From NCBI GenBank assembly GCA_963823035.1, contig CAWGKG010000017.1:96001-160000 (forward strand): a stretch of DNA of 64,000 nt, read 5' to 3'. Shown piece after piece: positions 10,611-21,832 of the stretch. A program made the translations under genes and the position numbers. The stretch is from an uncultured Gemmatimonadales bacterium. GTDB lineage: Bacteria; Gemmatimonadota; Gemmatimonadetes; Longimicrobiales; Gaopeijiaceae. Numbering within the stretch: position 1 is the stretch's first letter; every line of letters begins with the position of its first letter. The notes beneath the pieces are model-generated. The model did no database searches. It saw nothing but the letters and a program-made list of their open reading frames with translations, and had not been told where the DNA came from.

Positions 10611-10617
10611 CGCCCTC

Positions 10618-12370
10618 CTACCTAGCCGGGGGCTCGTCGAGCGCGGCGCCTTCTCGCACTCCGGCCAACGCCCGCCGCCACCGTAGCGGCCCCCGTACGG
10701 GTTCGGCTGCGAGGTCAGGTCGACCCGGTCGAGCGGGATGCGCTCGGGGTCCTCCGAGGCGAGGTAGACGAGCATCGCCGTGAGCGTCGCGTTGTAGCGC
10801 AGGTCGTCGAACACGATCTTGTCGTATGTGTCGCTCTCGGTGTGCCAGGTCACGTTGCCGTAGTCCCACGAGAGCGCGCCGAGGCCGAACGCCGGGAGGC
10901 CACGGCAGCCGAAGGGGAAGTCGTCGCTCCCGCCCCCTGCCGGACGCCCGGACACGACCGGCGCGCCGTCGTTGATCAGCTGCCGCCACTCCATGGGGAT
11001 TCTCGCGAGCCACGCGTTCAGGTGCTCCGGCGCGTGCACCAGCCCCGCGCCGCCGATACGGATCACCCGCCCCGTACCGTTGTCCTGGTTGAAGAGCGCC
11101 TGCAGCCCGCTCAGCACCTCCGGGTGGTCCTCGGTGAACGCCTTCGACCCGACCTCGCCCTCCTCCTCGCCGCTCCAGTGGCCGACCAGGATCGTGCGCT
11201 TCGGGTGCGGATAGACCTGCTTCAGGATGCGCATCGCCTCGAGCATCGTGAGCGTGCCGGTGCCGTTGTCCGTTGCGCCCGACGAGCCGTCCCACGAGTC
11301 GAAGTGCGCGGACAGCATCCACGTACTCGTCGGGCTTCTCCGTCCCGGGGATCGTCGCCAGCACGTTGTAGACGGGCTGCTCTCCCAGGAGCTTCCCCTC
11401 GAGGTCGAGCCGGAGCTTCGGCGGGTCTCCCTTCTCGGTCAGCCGGTACACCAGGCCGTAGTCCTCGCAGTCGAGCGCGATCGCCGGCGTCTTCGTGTTG
11501 TACGTCTCGAACACCTCCATCGCGCCCCAGCCGGTGTTGAGCGCGCCGGCAAAGCCAGCGAAGCCGCCACCCCGGCCCGCGGATCGAGCTCGGCCGCGAC
11601 GACCTGCTCCGGCGTGCGTCCGCCGTCCAGGCGCCAGGAGAGCTTCGGACGCGAGCTGATGATGCCGGCCGCGCCCCCCTCCTCCAGCCGGACGCCCAGG
11701 TCGCCCCCGCCGAGCGCCGGGTAGTAGCCCGTGCCGCGCAGGCCGGCGCTCGCGCCGTCCACGCCCTGTCCGGGCCGCACCGGCGCCCAGGCGCGCTGCG
11801 TCGCCACCATGAGCGTGTCCATGCGCGCCTTCGACTCGGCCGTCGCGTTCATGGCCCAGTCGTCCTGGGGGCGGCAGGTGGGGAGCGCGGCGGAGATCAT
11901 CACGAGCTTCCCCTTCGCCTTCGGCAGCCACTCCACGAACTCCGTGCTGTCGCGGAACGTCGGCAGGACGATCGTCTCCAGCTCGACGTCCTTCCCGCCC
12001 GTGCCGGGGCTGTAGCCGACCATCTGCCCCTGGAGCGTGCGCCTGCGTGGCGCGACCAGGTCGATATGCGAGTGGCCGCGCTCCCATCCCCGCCAGGTGC
12101 CGTACTGCTCCTTCTTCGCGTCGATCCCCCACGAGCCGTAGAGGTCGACGAGCCAGTCCTGCGCGCGCTTCAGGTCGGGGCTACCCATCAGGCGCGGCCC
12201 GAGCGAGTCGAAGAGCTCGTGCGCCTCGACCTCGAGGCGCGAGCTGTCCATGCCGACCGTGTAGATCCTGCCGAGCACGGGGTCGGGCGTGGGGAACGTC
12301 TGCGCGCCGAGCGGCGCCACGAGCGCGGCGAGCAGCGCCGCCGTCGCGAAGGGGAGGGTCTCGCGTTCAT
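10618..12370 (-). CDS. Exported M28 family metallopeptidase (carboxypeptidase Q/aminopeptidase-like); frameshifted
   Basis: Signal peptide; LFDSLGPRLMGSP; SAHFDSWDGSSGATDNGTG, WSGEEEGEVGS, GGSDDFPF, WHTESDTYDK. Confidence 0.88.
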
Positions 12371-12408
12371 CGACTCTTCGGTTCCGGGTGGTCTGTACGT
12401 CGCCGTGC

Positions 12409-15400
12409 CTAGCGGATGCCCGCCGCGGTATGGGGCTCCGGCTCCCGCCACAGCAGGGCCGGCAACGGTCGCGCGCGCGGGTAGATCTCGTCGAGGGTGG
12501 CGCCCTCGTAGAGCCGGCCGTTCTTCATGACGTATCGGATGGTGTTCGTGTTGTGGATGTCGTCGAGCGGGTTGGCGTCGAGCACCACCAGGTCGGCGAG
12601 CTTGCCCGCCTCGAGCGACCCGAGGTCCTGCTCCATGCCGATGGCCCACGCACCCGACATCGTCGCCGCGCGCAGCACCTGCATCGGCGTCATCCCGCCG
12701 GTGGCCATCATCCACATCTCCCAGTGCATGCCGAGCCCCTGGAGCTGCCCGTGGCTGCCGACGCCGACGCGTCCGCCCGCGTCCACCACGTCCTTGGCGA
12801 ACTTCGCGTGCATCGGGAAGACGTACTCGTCGTCCATGAACCACCCGCCGGGCCCGGGCGAGCCGCCACTCCCCGTGCCGCGCCGCCGGGTCTTCGCGTC
12901 GAGCTCCTGGTGCGGGGTGAAGCGCGCCAGCTTCGCGTCGTCGTGCACCCCGCCCTTGGTGTAGAAGTAGTTCTCGCCGAAGGGCCCGCCGTACGAGACG
13001 ATGAGCGTGGGGGAGTTCACGGTCTGCGACTGCGCCAGCAGCCGCACGGCGTCTCCGTACATCGGCTCGATCGGGATGGCGTGCTCCACGCCCGCGTAGC
13101 CGTCCATGATGTGGGTCAGGTCGAGCTTGAAGTCGAGCCCGCCCTCCGTGGTGGGCGAGAGCCCGAGCTCGTGGGCGGCCATGATGACCCACTGCCGCTG
13201 CTCGCGGTTGCCGGTCATGTACATCTTCAGCGTCTTCGTGTCGTAGTACTTCGCGTAGCGCTCCAGGACGTGGCGCGCGTCGTCCAGGCTCGAGATCATC
13301 TCGCTGGAGAAGACGCCCGGGCCGGTCGAGTAGATGCGCGGCCCGACCATCTCGCCGTTCGCGACCTTGTCCTCGTAGGTGAGCACGTCGGTCGTGGCCG
13401 TCTGCGGATCGCGCGTGGTCGTCGTGCCGTAGGCGAGCTCGGCCAGGTACTGCCACGCCTGCGAGCTGTGGATGTCGGGGATCAGCCACTGCGGGTGGTA
13501 GTGCGTGTCGACGAAGCCCGGCACGATCGTCTTGCCGGAGACGTCGATCACGCGCGCGTCCGCGGGGACGTCCACCGATCCGCGGGCGCCCACCCCGACG
13601 ATGCGGTCGTTGCGGACCACGATGTCGCCGTTCTCGATGACCTCGTCGCCGTTCATCGTCACGATGCGCGCGCCGCGCAGCACCGCCACGCCGGTCGGGA
13701 TGTCCCGCCGCACGGAGATGTCGATCTCGTGGGCGATCGCCTCGTACCGGGGCGGCTTCGCGCCCGCGCTGTCCGCCTGCGCGCCGGCCGGGCGCGCGGC
13801 CGAAGCGGCCTGCACGCTGTCGTCGAACGCCTGGGCGCGATCGAGGTCGTACGCGAAGTGCGTGTTTCCGATCGACCAGTGGGCCGTGCGCCCGTCCGCG
13901 CTCCACGCCGGGAACTCGCCGCCGACCACCGAGAGCTGCCGGGCCGGGAACGCCGCGTTCGCCGGGTTGGCCACCGAGATCGTGAGCGTGTCGCCGCCGA
14001 ACATCGGCACCGTGACCGCGTACAGCTCGTGCTCCATCAGCACGAGCGCCTGGTCGCCCGTCGGGGCCATCAGAACCTGGTCGGCCCGCATCGGCTGCCG
14101 GCCGCCCGGCTGGGTCTTGCCGGTGACCTTCACGATCGCCCGCTCGTCCGTGCCGTCCCAGCGGAACGAGACCAGCCCGTCCTGCGGCGAGTACGCGTAG
14201 ATCCGATCCGGGTCGCTGGTGAAGTGCGGGTGCTCGCGCCCACCGGCGGGCGCGATCGTGTGCACCTCGCCTCCCGCCGCCGGCATCCACACGAACTGGG
14301 CGCCGAGCCCGCCGCCGAACCCGCCCAGCGCCTCGTGCAGCTCACGCGCGGCCACGCGCACGGCGACGACGCGGGTGCCGTCGGGCGACCACGTGGGCTC
14401 GCGGTACAGCGCGCCCTCGGGCGTGAGTCGCTGGGGCGTGCCGCCCCCGTCGGCGGCCACCTTCCAGACGTAGCCGGCGTCCTGGTCCTCCCACGACACG
14501 TACGCGAGCTGCCGGCCGTCCGGCGACCACGCCGGCTGGGCCTCGACGACGCCGCGTCTCCGTGCCGGTGAGGCGGCGCGGGGTGCCGTCCGGGTAGTCC
14601 ATCACGTACAGCTTGTCCATCGACGTGAAGGCGAGCCGGCGCCCGTCGGGCGACGGCACCGCGTCACGGATCTGATGCGCCGTGAACGTCGGCGAGGTGT
14701 CGACGCGGTACTCGAAGCGCGAGAGCGGCCCGAGCTCGACCGACACGTCGGCCGTGAAGGGGATCTCCGTCGGCGCGCTGCCGTCCACGGGGACCCTCCA
14801 GATCTTGCCGCCGTACGAGGCGACCACGCTTGCGCCGTCCGGCGTGAAGCTCATCCCGGGAAGCACGTCGAGCGGCGCCACCGACTCCTGGTCGTCGCGC
14901 TGCACCGGGTAGGCCAGCCAGCGCTCCTCGCCGGTGTCCTGGTTGCGGAGCATGAGCCCGGTCTTCGTGTCGAGGCGCGTGCCGTACACCATCCACTTCC
15001 CGTCGGGCGACAGCGTGGGACGGAAGGCCGAGCCGACCCGGTCGGTCATCGTCGTGCGCTTCCCGTTCGTCCGGTCGTAGACCGCGATCTGGTACTGCGG
15101 GAAGATCGCGTTGTACTCCCAGTCGCCCTGGCGCTGCGCGAACCAGATGTAGCGCGGGTCCGGGCCGAAGGCCGCGCCGAGCGTCTTGAGGTTCTCCGGC
15201 TGCTTGATGAGCTGCGCGCCGCCGCCGCCGTCGCGGTGGAAGAGCCAGAGCTGCGCGATCCGCGTCCCCTTGGAGGCCACGACGTACTCGCCGTCGGGCG
15301 TCCACTCCGGGGAGGCGTACTCGAAGTCCTTCCCCTTCGTGACCTGCGTGGTGTCCGTCCCGTCGAGCGACATGATCCAGAGGTTGTTGCCGCCGTCGCG

Positions 15401-15747
15401 GTCGGAGACGAACACCACCGACCTGCCGTCCGGGCTGAAGCGCGGCTGGGCGTCGTAGGCCATGCCGCTCGTGAGGCGCGTGGCGCGCCCGCCCGCCATG
15501 GGCAGCGTGTACAGGTCGCCGAGGAGGTCGAAGACCAGGGTGCTTCCGTCCGGCGACACGTCCACGGACATCCAGGTGCCCTCGTGGGTGGTGAACGCGA
15601 CCGTGCGCGCCGGCGCCAGGGGCAGCCCCTTCTTCCCGGCGGAGTCGGCCGCGGCCGGCCCGCCGCCCTGCCGGGCCGCCGCGGACGCGGAGACGAGCGG
15701 AGGACGAGGACGAGGAGCAGGAGGGTCGAACGACGGATCGCGCGCAT
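12409..15747 (-). CDS. Exported amidohydrolase with N-terminal PD40/TolB-like beta-propeller repeats; frameshift near 14550
   Basis: EGTWMSVDVSPDG, multiple P-x-[FW]-SPDG repeats; GKTIVPGFVDTHYH, GSHGQLQGLGMHWE, LGSLEAGKLADLVVLDANPLDDI. Confidence 0.9.
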
Positions 15748-15951
15748 GCATGTCTCCCGGGTGGTTGGAACCGACCGGACGTCTGCACGCGTGCGCGGCG
15801 CCCGGCCTGGGCAGGTGCCGGGTGAAGCGGCCAAGATCGAAGGGAAGGCGCCGACGGGCAACTCGGACCGTCGGGGCCGGGCCGGAATCGGGCCGGGATC
15901 GCGCTCCGCGAGGGGTCGGCCGCCCGGCCTCGGGGCGGGACGACTATCGCC

Positions 15952-17087
15952 CTACTCGTCCAGAGCCTCTCTGACCCGGACCCGTCCGGCTCCAGCCGGA
16001 CGATGTGTCCGTCCGCCGTCCGGATCCGCAGCACCTCGCCTCCTTCCTCGACGAGGGCCGTGAGCCCGAAGCGCGTACGGGGCGGGTCCCATGGGGTCAG
16101 CCTCACCGTGCTCACGCCCACCCGGGGCGAGCGGATCCACCACCGCCGCACCACCCACGGGCCACCGTCCAGGTGGTGGAAGTCCACGCGACCTCCGGCG
16201 CCCTCCGTGTCCACGTTCCACGGGAGCGCCGGAATAGCGGAACTCGAGGCGTCGAGGCCCGAGCGCCCGCCTGTCGATCCAGAGCGTCCCTTCCACGTCC
16301 ATCCCCCCGCCGAAGCGGGGCCGGAAGGTGAGGCCCACCCAATCGGGCTCGGGGCCCTCCGCGGCATATCCGAGGCAGTGGCTGCTCGCGAAGGTCGGGG
16401 AGACGAGCGTACGCGCGTCCGGCGCGAAGAACTCCCAGCCCTCCTGGTCGCCCCCCTGGATGAACCCGAACTGGGCGAGCTCCTCGGCCGGGGGACTCCG
16501 GAGCGGGCTGCCCGCGACGAACGCGGTCGCCGGTCGGACCCGCTCGTCGAGCGTGTGGAGATCCTCCGGGTCCAGGGTGCGCGTCCAGGTGCGTCGCTCC
16601 TCGCCGTGCATCCCGCGATCTTCGGCCAGCATCATGGCCTCCAACGCCTTTCCGACCTCGATCCACAACGCGGCCACGCGCTCGGCGCCGTCCCCCGGCA
16701 ACCTGCAACGCCGGTTCGGGGTCATCGTCCGGGCGGCAGGTCCAGGGAGAGCGTGCTCGCGACCAGGTCCACGAGGACCGGCCGGGCATCCACGCTCGCC
16801 GTCCCCTCGGCGTCGCCGTATCCAGGCGCCTCCCCGAGAACGGCGTAGTCGCCCGCAGACGGGGCGGTGAGCGTGAACGCCCCCGCACCGTCCGTCAGGG
16901 TCGCGTCCACCACGACGCCGTCGGCGTCGCGGAGCGCCACGCGGGCGCCCGCCAGGCCCACCCCCTCCGGTCGTGCGCGCAGACGTCCCTGCACGGCCTG
17001 GCCGCTCAGGGCACCCGGTGCGCCGGCATGCGCGATCGCGATCGCGATCGCCACCAGGAACCGTGCGGCCTCCCTCGTCCTCGTCAA
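15952..17087 (-). CDS. Exported carboxypeptidase-regulatory-like domain protein; frameshifted
   Basis: Signal peptide then GARVALRDADGVVVDATLTDGAGAFTLTAPSAGDY; downstream FFAPDARTLVSPTFASSHC, VEGTLWIDR, GPWVVRRWWIRSP. Confidence 0.7.
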
Positions 17088-17221
17088 AACGCGCCTCGTG
17101 CGGGGGGTGGAGCGTCGGGCCCGCGGCCCTTTCGGAATCTAGCGCCCTCGAAAGCCCCACGGAGAGATCCCGTATGGAGGTGCGCGAGGTCCGGAGGGAC
17201 ACGAGGCGAGGAGGGGCGGGC

Positions 17222-17664
17222 ATGGCGCGTGGACGACATCTCTGGATCACGGTGTGCCTTGTCGGCGCGTCGGCGGGCCTCGCCAACGGAGGGGCGGCCA
17301 GGCAGATCCCCATCCCGCCGGACACGGTGACCCCGCGGCGCTCCCGGCGGATGCCGGCCCGGACGACGTGCGTCGGGCGCACGACGCCTATCACGACGCC
17401 CGCCCGGACGAGGACACGACCGCTGAGGCGATCACGCTGGCGTTCCAGTGGATGTCCTCGGGGCGGGTGGCCGCCGGGCTCGCGCTGCACGAAGCCAACG
17501 CCCGGGCGTTCCCCGAGAGCGCCGTAGCGCAGTTCAACCTCGGCGAGGCCTACCGCTACACGGGCCAGACCGGGAAAGCCGCGACCCAGTACCGTCGGGT
17601 GCTCGAGCTCGACCCGGACCACCCCCAGGCCGCAGCTCGCCTCGAGCTGGTGGGCGGCGGATAG
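17222..17664 (+). CDS. Small exported tetratricopeptide-repeat protein; one frameshift
   Basis: MARGRHLWITVCLVGASAGLA signal; FPESAVAQFNLGEAYRYTGQTGKAATQYRRVLELDPDH TPR. Confidence 0.75.
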
Positions 17665-17690
17665 CCCGGAGGGGCGGCAGGGCGTGACCC

Positions 17691-20600
17691 CTATCGTCCC
17701 ATCAGCTCCTTCACGGCCGCCTCGATCTGCTGGTCGCGGCCGGCCGTCATGACCGCCGGGTCCATCCGCACCCGGATGTCCGGCTCGAGCTGCGTGCCCT
17801 CGCCGAACCGCCCGTCCGGCATGCGCCACCCGCCCATCGGGATGCCGAAGACGAGCGTCGGGATCGATCTGCGACTCCCACCACACGAAGGTCCCCGTGC
17901 CCGGCACGGGCATCCCGAGCGTCTTGCCGATGTCCTTCAGCTTGTACGCGAGCGGGAAGAGGTGGGCGTCCGAGTAGTCGCTCTCGTTGATGATCACGAT
18001 CGACGGCTTCGTCCACTTGTCGAGCGGCTCCACCCCGATGTGCTGCCCGTGCGGCACGATGTCGAAGTAGACCTTCCCGCTCAGGAAGTCCGAGAGCTGC
18101 TCGTGGATGTTGCCGCCGCCGTTGAAGCGCGTGTCGACGATGAGCGCCTTCTTCCCCCACCCCATGCCCATCGCCTCGTCGAAGACCGTGCGCATGCTGG
18201 CGTCGTTCATCGAGCGCACGTGCACGTACGCGATCGTCCCGCCGGAGAGCGAGTCCACCTCGGCGCGCCGCTGCCGCACCCAGCGCTGGTAGAGGAGCTG
18301 GTTCTCGGCTCCCCCGGAGATCGGCTTCACCGACTCGTCCCAGCGCTCGTTCGTGCGCGGGTCGAGCACGGAGAGCAGGGTCAGCTTCCCGACCTTGCGG
18401 TTGAGCAGCGCGTAGAAGTCGAGTCCGCGGCGTGAGCGGCTGGCCGTCGATCCGCTCGATGACGTCTCCGGCCGGATCCTCGACGCGGCCTTGTCGACCG
18501 GCCCGCCCTCGACGACCTCGGCGACCTTCACGCCGTTGCCGGTCCAGGAGAAGTCGTAGAGCAGGCCGAGCGCCGCCGTCTCGTCCGTGTTCGGGCGCGA
18601 CGCGTTGAAGCGCCCGCCCGTGTGCGACGCGTTCACCTCGCCGAGCATCTCGCTGAGCAGCTCGGCGAAGTCGTAGTTGTTGTCGATGTACGGGAGGAAG
18701 CGCTGGTACTCGTCGTAGTAGTACGGCCAGTCCGCGCTCGTGATCTCGGGGAGGTAGAACTTCTCCTTGAACTGCCGCCAGGCGTGGTCGAAGATGTACG
18801 CCCGCTCGTCCGCCCGCTTCAGGAGCATCTCGCCGCGCGTCGCGATCGGCGTGACCTTGCCGTCGTCCGTGCCGACCTTCATCGGCTTCCCGTCGGCGAG
18901 CAGGAAGATGAACTTGCCGTCCGGGCGACATCTCCATGCGTGCGTTGTCCGCGCCCAGCTTCGCGAACTGCTTCGTCTCCCGCGTGCGCGGCTCGGTCAC
19001 CCACAGGTCGTTGCCCTCGTCGAACACCGTGAGGTAGAAGAGCTTCTCGCCGTCCTTCGACAGCAGCCAGTCGTTCGTGGGCGAGGTGTGCACCGTCAGG
19101 CGCGCCTTCCGCTCGGTGAGCCCGTCCCAGTCGATGGCGATGTCCTTCTTCGCCGAGTCGGCGGCCGCCTTCGTCGAGTCCTTCTCCTCCTTCTCCTTCG
19201 CGAGCGCCAGCTCCTCCTTGGTGAGGTGGAAGCGGTCCCACGCCGCCTGCGAGAAGAACATCGCGTACACGTCCCCGCTCACGAGGCTGCCGCCCTGCTG
19301 GCGCGTGCCCTCGCGGTCCGAGCCCCAGATCATCGCCTTCCCGTCCAGCGCCCACTTCGGCTGGAAGTCGTCGTAGCCGCTGCGCGTCAGGTCGTGCAGC
19401 TCGCCGTCGCCGGCGGCCGAGATCAGGCCCACCTGGGGCGTGAAGATCCGGTCGTGGTAGCCGTACTGGACCAGGAACCACTTCCCGTCCGGCGACCACG
19501 TGTAGTACTGGTCGCCGTCCGCGTAGGAGTAGTTGTGGTCGCCGGTGAGGATCGTGCGCGACCGCCCGCTCGCGAGGTTCACGACCTTGAGCACCACGCG
19601 GTTCTCGAGGTACGCCACCTCCTTGCCGTCGGGCGAGAAGGCGGGCTGGTACTCCTCGGCCGTCCGTGGCCACCACCGGCTTCTCCGTCGAGCACGGTGG
19701 AGGCGAAGAAGTACGGCTCCTCCTGCCGCGAGATCGTGGTGGTGTAGACGTTCCAGCTCCCGTCGCGCTCGGCGGCGTAGACGAGCGAGCGGCCGTCCGG
19801 GCTGAAGCCGACGCTCCGCTCCTGCCAGGGCGTGTTCGTGATCCGCTTGGTGATGCCGCCCTCCATGGCGGTCACGAAGATCTCGCCCGCGGAACACGTA
19901 GGCGAACTCCTTCCCGTTCGGGGACAGCGTGGCCTCGGTGAAGTGCTCGTTCACCGGCACGATCTCGTCGATCGCGCTCCGTCCGTCGGCGGCGATGCGG
20001 ATCGCCACCTTCGCCGGCTCCGCGCCGGGCGCCATCGTGTAGATCTCGCCGCGGAAACCGAAGCAGAGCGTGCCGGTGCCCGCGCGGGTGAGGAAGCGCA
20101 CCGGGTTCCGGTCGAAGTGCGTGACCGCCGTGCTGGTGGCGGGGTCGGACAGCGAGCTCCGGTACACGTTGAACGACCCGCTCTGCTCGCTCAGGTAGTA
20201 GAAGTGGTCGCCGTCCGCGTCGAAGACCGGGTTGCGGTCCTCGCCGGCGAACTGCGAGAGCTGGCGGTACGTCTTCGCCGCGAGGTCGTAGACCCAGACG
20301 TCGCGGGTGACCGCCGACGTGTGGTGCTTCCGCCATTGATCCTCGTAGCCCTTCACGTCCTCGTAGACCAGCTTGCCGCCCGACGCGTCGAGCGTGGCGT
20401 TGACGGCCGGAACCGGCAGCACCATCCCCACGCGCCCACCCGTCACCGGCACGGACCAGAGCTGCGTCATCAGGCCCATGGGGAACTGGGCGTTGGTAGC
20501 CAGCTCCTGGCGGTAGGCCGAGAAGAGCACCGCCTGGTCGTCCGCCGTGAAGGTGCTCGGGATCTCCCCGGTCGAGTGGAAGGTGAGGCGCGTGGCCTCG

Positions 20601-20924
20601 CCGCCCGTGGCCGGCATGACGAACACGTCGAAGTTGCCGTAGCGGTCGGAGGCGAACGCGATGGAGCGACCGTCGTGGCTCCACACCGGCGCGAACTCGT
20701 GGGACTCGCCCAGCGTCAGGGGCCTGGCGTCGCCTCCGGACGCGGGGACCGTGTAGATGTCGCCCTTGAACGCGAAGGCGATCGTGTGGCCGTCCGGGGA
20801 GATCGCGGGGTAGCGCAGCCAGAGGGGGGCATCCTGCGCGTGCGCAGCGGCCGGCACCGTGGTGAGCAAGGCTACCGCGAGCGCGACGAGCCAGACGGGA
20901 ACGGGCGTGAGCGAAGATTGCCAT
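17691..20924 (-). CDS. Tricorn-like S41 family peptidase (PD40 propellers, PDZ, S41 catalytic domain); several frameshifts
   Basis: LWLRYPAISPDG..; EMLGEVNASHTG; IAYVHVRSMN; LIVDTRFNGGGNIH; ESDYSDAHLFP; GMPVPGT; ends QIEAAVKELMGR. Confidence 0.9.
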
Positions 20925-20962
20925 GTCGGGGACTCCCAGGGGAAGGACCCCCACCCGACGTG

Positions 20963-21069
20963 CACCGCCCCGGGGTGCCGACGGACGAGTGGTCCGGGAT
21001 GCACCTCCCGCCGAGGAGAGTACCACCTCGTGCCGTCCCGTGTCGACACGTGGGGCACCCCGGGCAACC
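20963..21069. repeat. Imperfect direct repeat, copy 1 (about 105 bp), containing a minus-strand sigma70-like promoter
   Basis: Aligns by eye with 21438-21543 with about 10 mismatches in the first 94 nt. The minus strand reads TCGACA-N18-TACTCT with an extended -10 TG. Confidence 0.85.
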
Positions 21070-21100
21070 CAGCGGGCCGCGGTGCGACTCTACGATATCG

Positions 21101-21445
21101 ATGGAGTCACTCATCGAGAGGTCCGCCGGAGCTTTGGATCGCCGAAGGATCGGCGCGCGTCACCCCGTGGCACGAGCGCCAATCGCTGCGCTGCGGCGGC
21201 GCGCCTGGCGATTGTCGCCTGCGGCGCGGTGCCGTGGCTCGCCCTCGCCGCCTGCGGCGACGATCCCTACCACCTCGACTGGACGCAGGGCCTCGACACG
21301 GTCGACCTGTACTCCGTGAGCCACCCCCGCCCGGGCCTCTACGACGCCTTCGACTTCGTGCACGACGCACCCCTCGTCCTCGAGTCGATCGGGGCGACCG
21401 GCAACTGGGACGTGGCGGTGGGAGGCGACGAGAACGTCACCGCCC
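21101..21445 (+). pseudogene. Truncated lipoprotein gene fragment between the direct repeats
   Basis: AVPWLALAACGDDPYHLDWTQGLDTVDLYSVSHPRPGLYDAFDFVHDAPLVLESIGATGNWDVAVGG; protein-like sequence ends where repeat copy 2 begins. Start uncertain. Confidence 0.55.
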
Positions 21446-21543
21446 TGCGGTGCCGACGGACGAGCGGTCCTGGATGCGCCTCCCGCGGAGGAGAGTACCA
21501 CCCCGCGCCGTCCCTTGTCGACACGGGGGGCGAGCGGGCAACC
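21438..21543. repeat. Imperfect direct repeat, copy 2
   Basis: caccgccc..ggtgccgacggacgag..gaggagagtaccacc..tgtcgacacg..cgggcaacc shared with 20963-21069. Confidence 0.85.
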
Positions 21544-21592
21544 GGCGCGCCGCGGCGTGTGCGCTTCAGCCGCTCCCCCTCACGCCGTTCGC

Positions 21593-21805
21593 TCAGCCGC
21601 GACGGGAGGCCCGACGCGCCATCCACAGGAACGCGAGGCCGAACACCAGGAGGACCAGGCCCCACCAGAGGTTGACGTTGATCCCGAAGCTGCGGGCGTA
21701 GATCTCGCGGTTCGCGAAGACGCCGTAGCCGGTCACCATTACGCCCAGGACGGTGAACATGAGACCGATGGGGGTGCGGATGTCGAGGCGCTTCGGATTG
21801 TCCAT
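21593..21805 (-). CDS. Small two-helix membrane protein accompanying the sodium:sugar symporter
   Basis: LDIRTPIGLMFTVLG..GINVNLWWGLVLLVFG; directly downstream of the symporter with a GGAG RBS. Confidence 0.8.
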   Translation of the reverse strand: MDNPKRLDIRTPIGLMFTVLGVMVTGYGVFANREIYARSFGINVNLWWGLVLLVFGLAFLWMARRASRRG

Positions 21806-21832
21806 GCGGAGCTCCTTTCGAGCGCGACGCGG

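Noticed and set aside
8615..10783. Apparent 722-aa MotA-MotB fusion
   Set aside because: A TGATG stop/start overlap at 9757-9761 and a MotB-like MSDCDC N-terminus exist in shifted frames; indels explain the read-through.
15952..18882. Apparent S41 peptidase fusion to the downstream protein (976 aa)
   Set aside because: S41 ends at 17691 in another frame and an opposite-strand TPR gene lies in between.
20963..21543. CRISPR array or attL/attR pair
   Set aside because: Only two long diverged copies, no regular spacers, and no cas, integrase or tRNA gene in the window.
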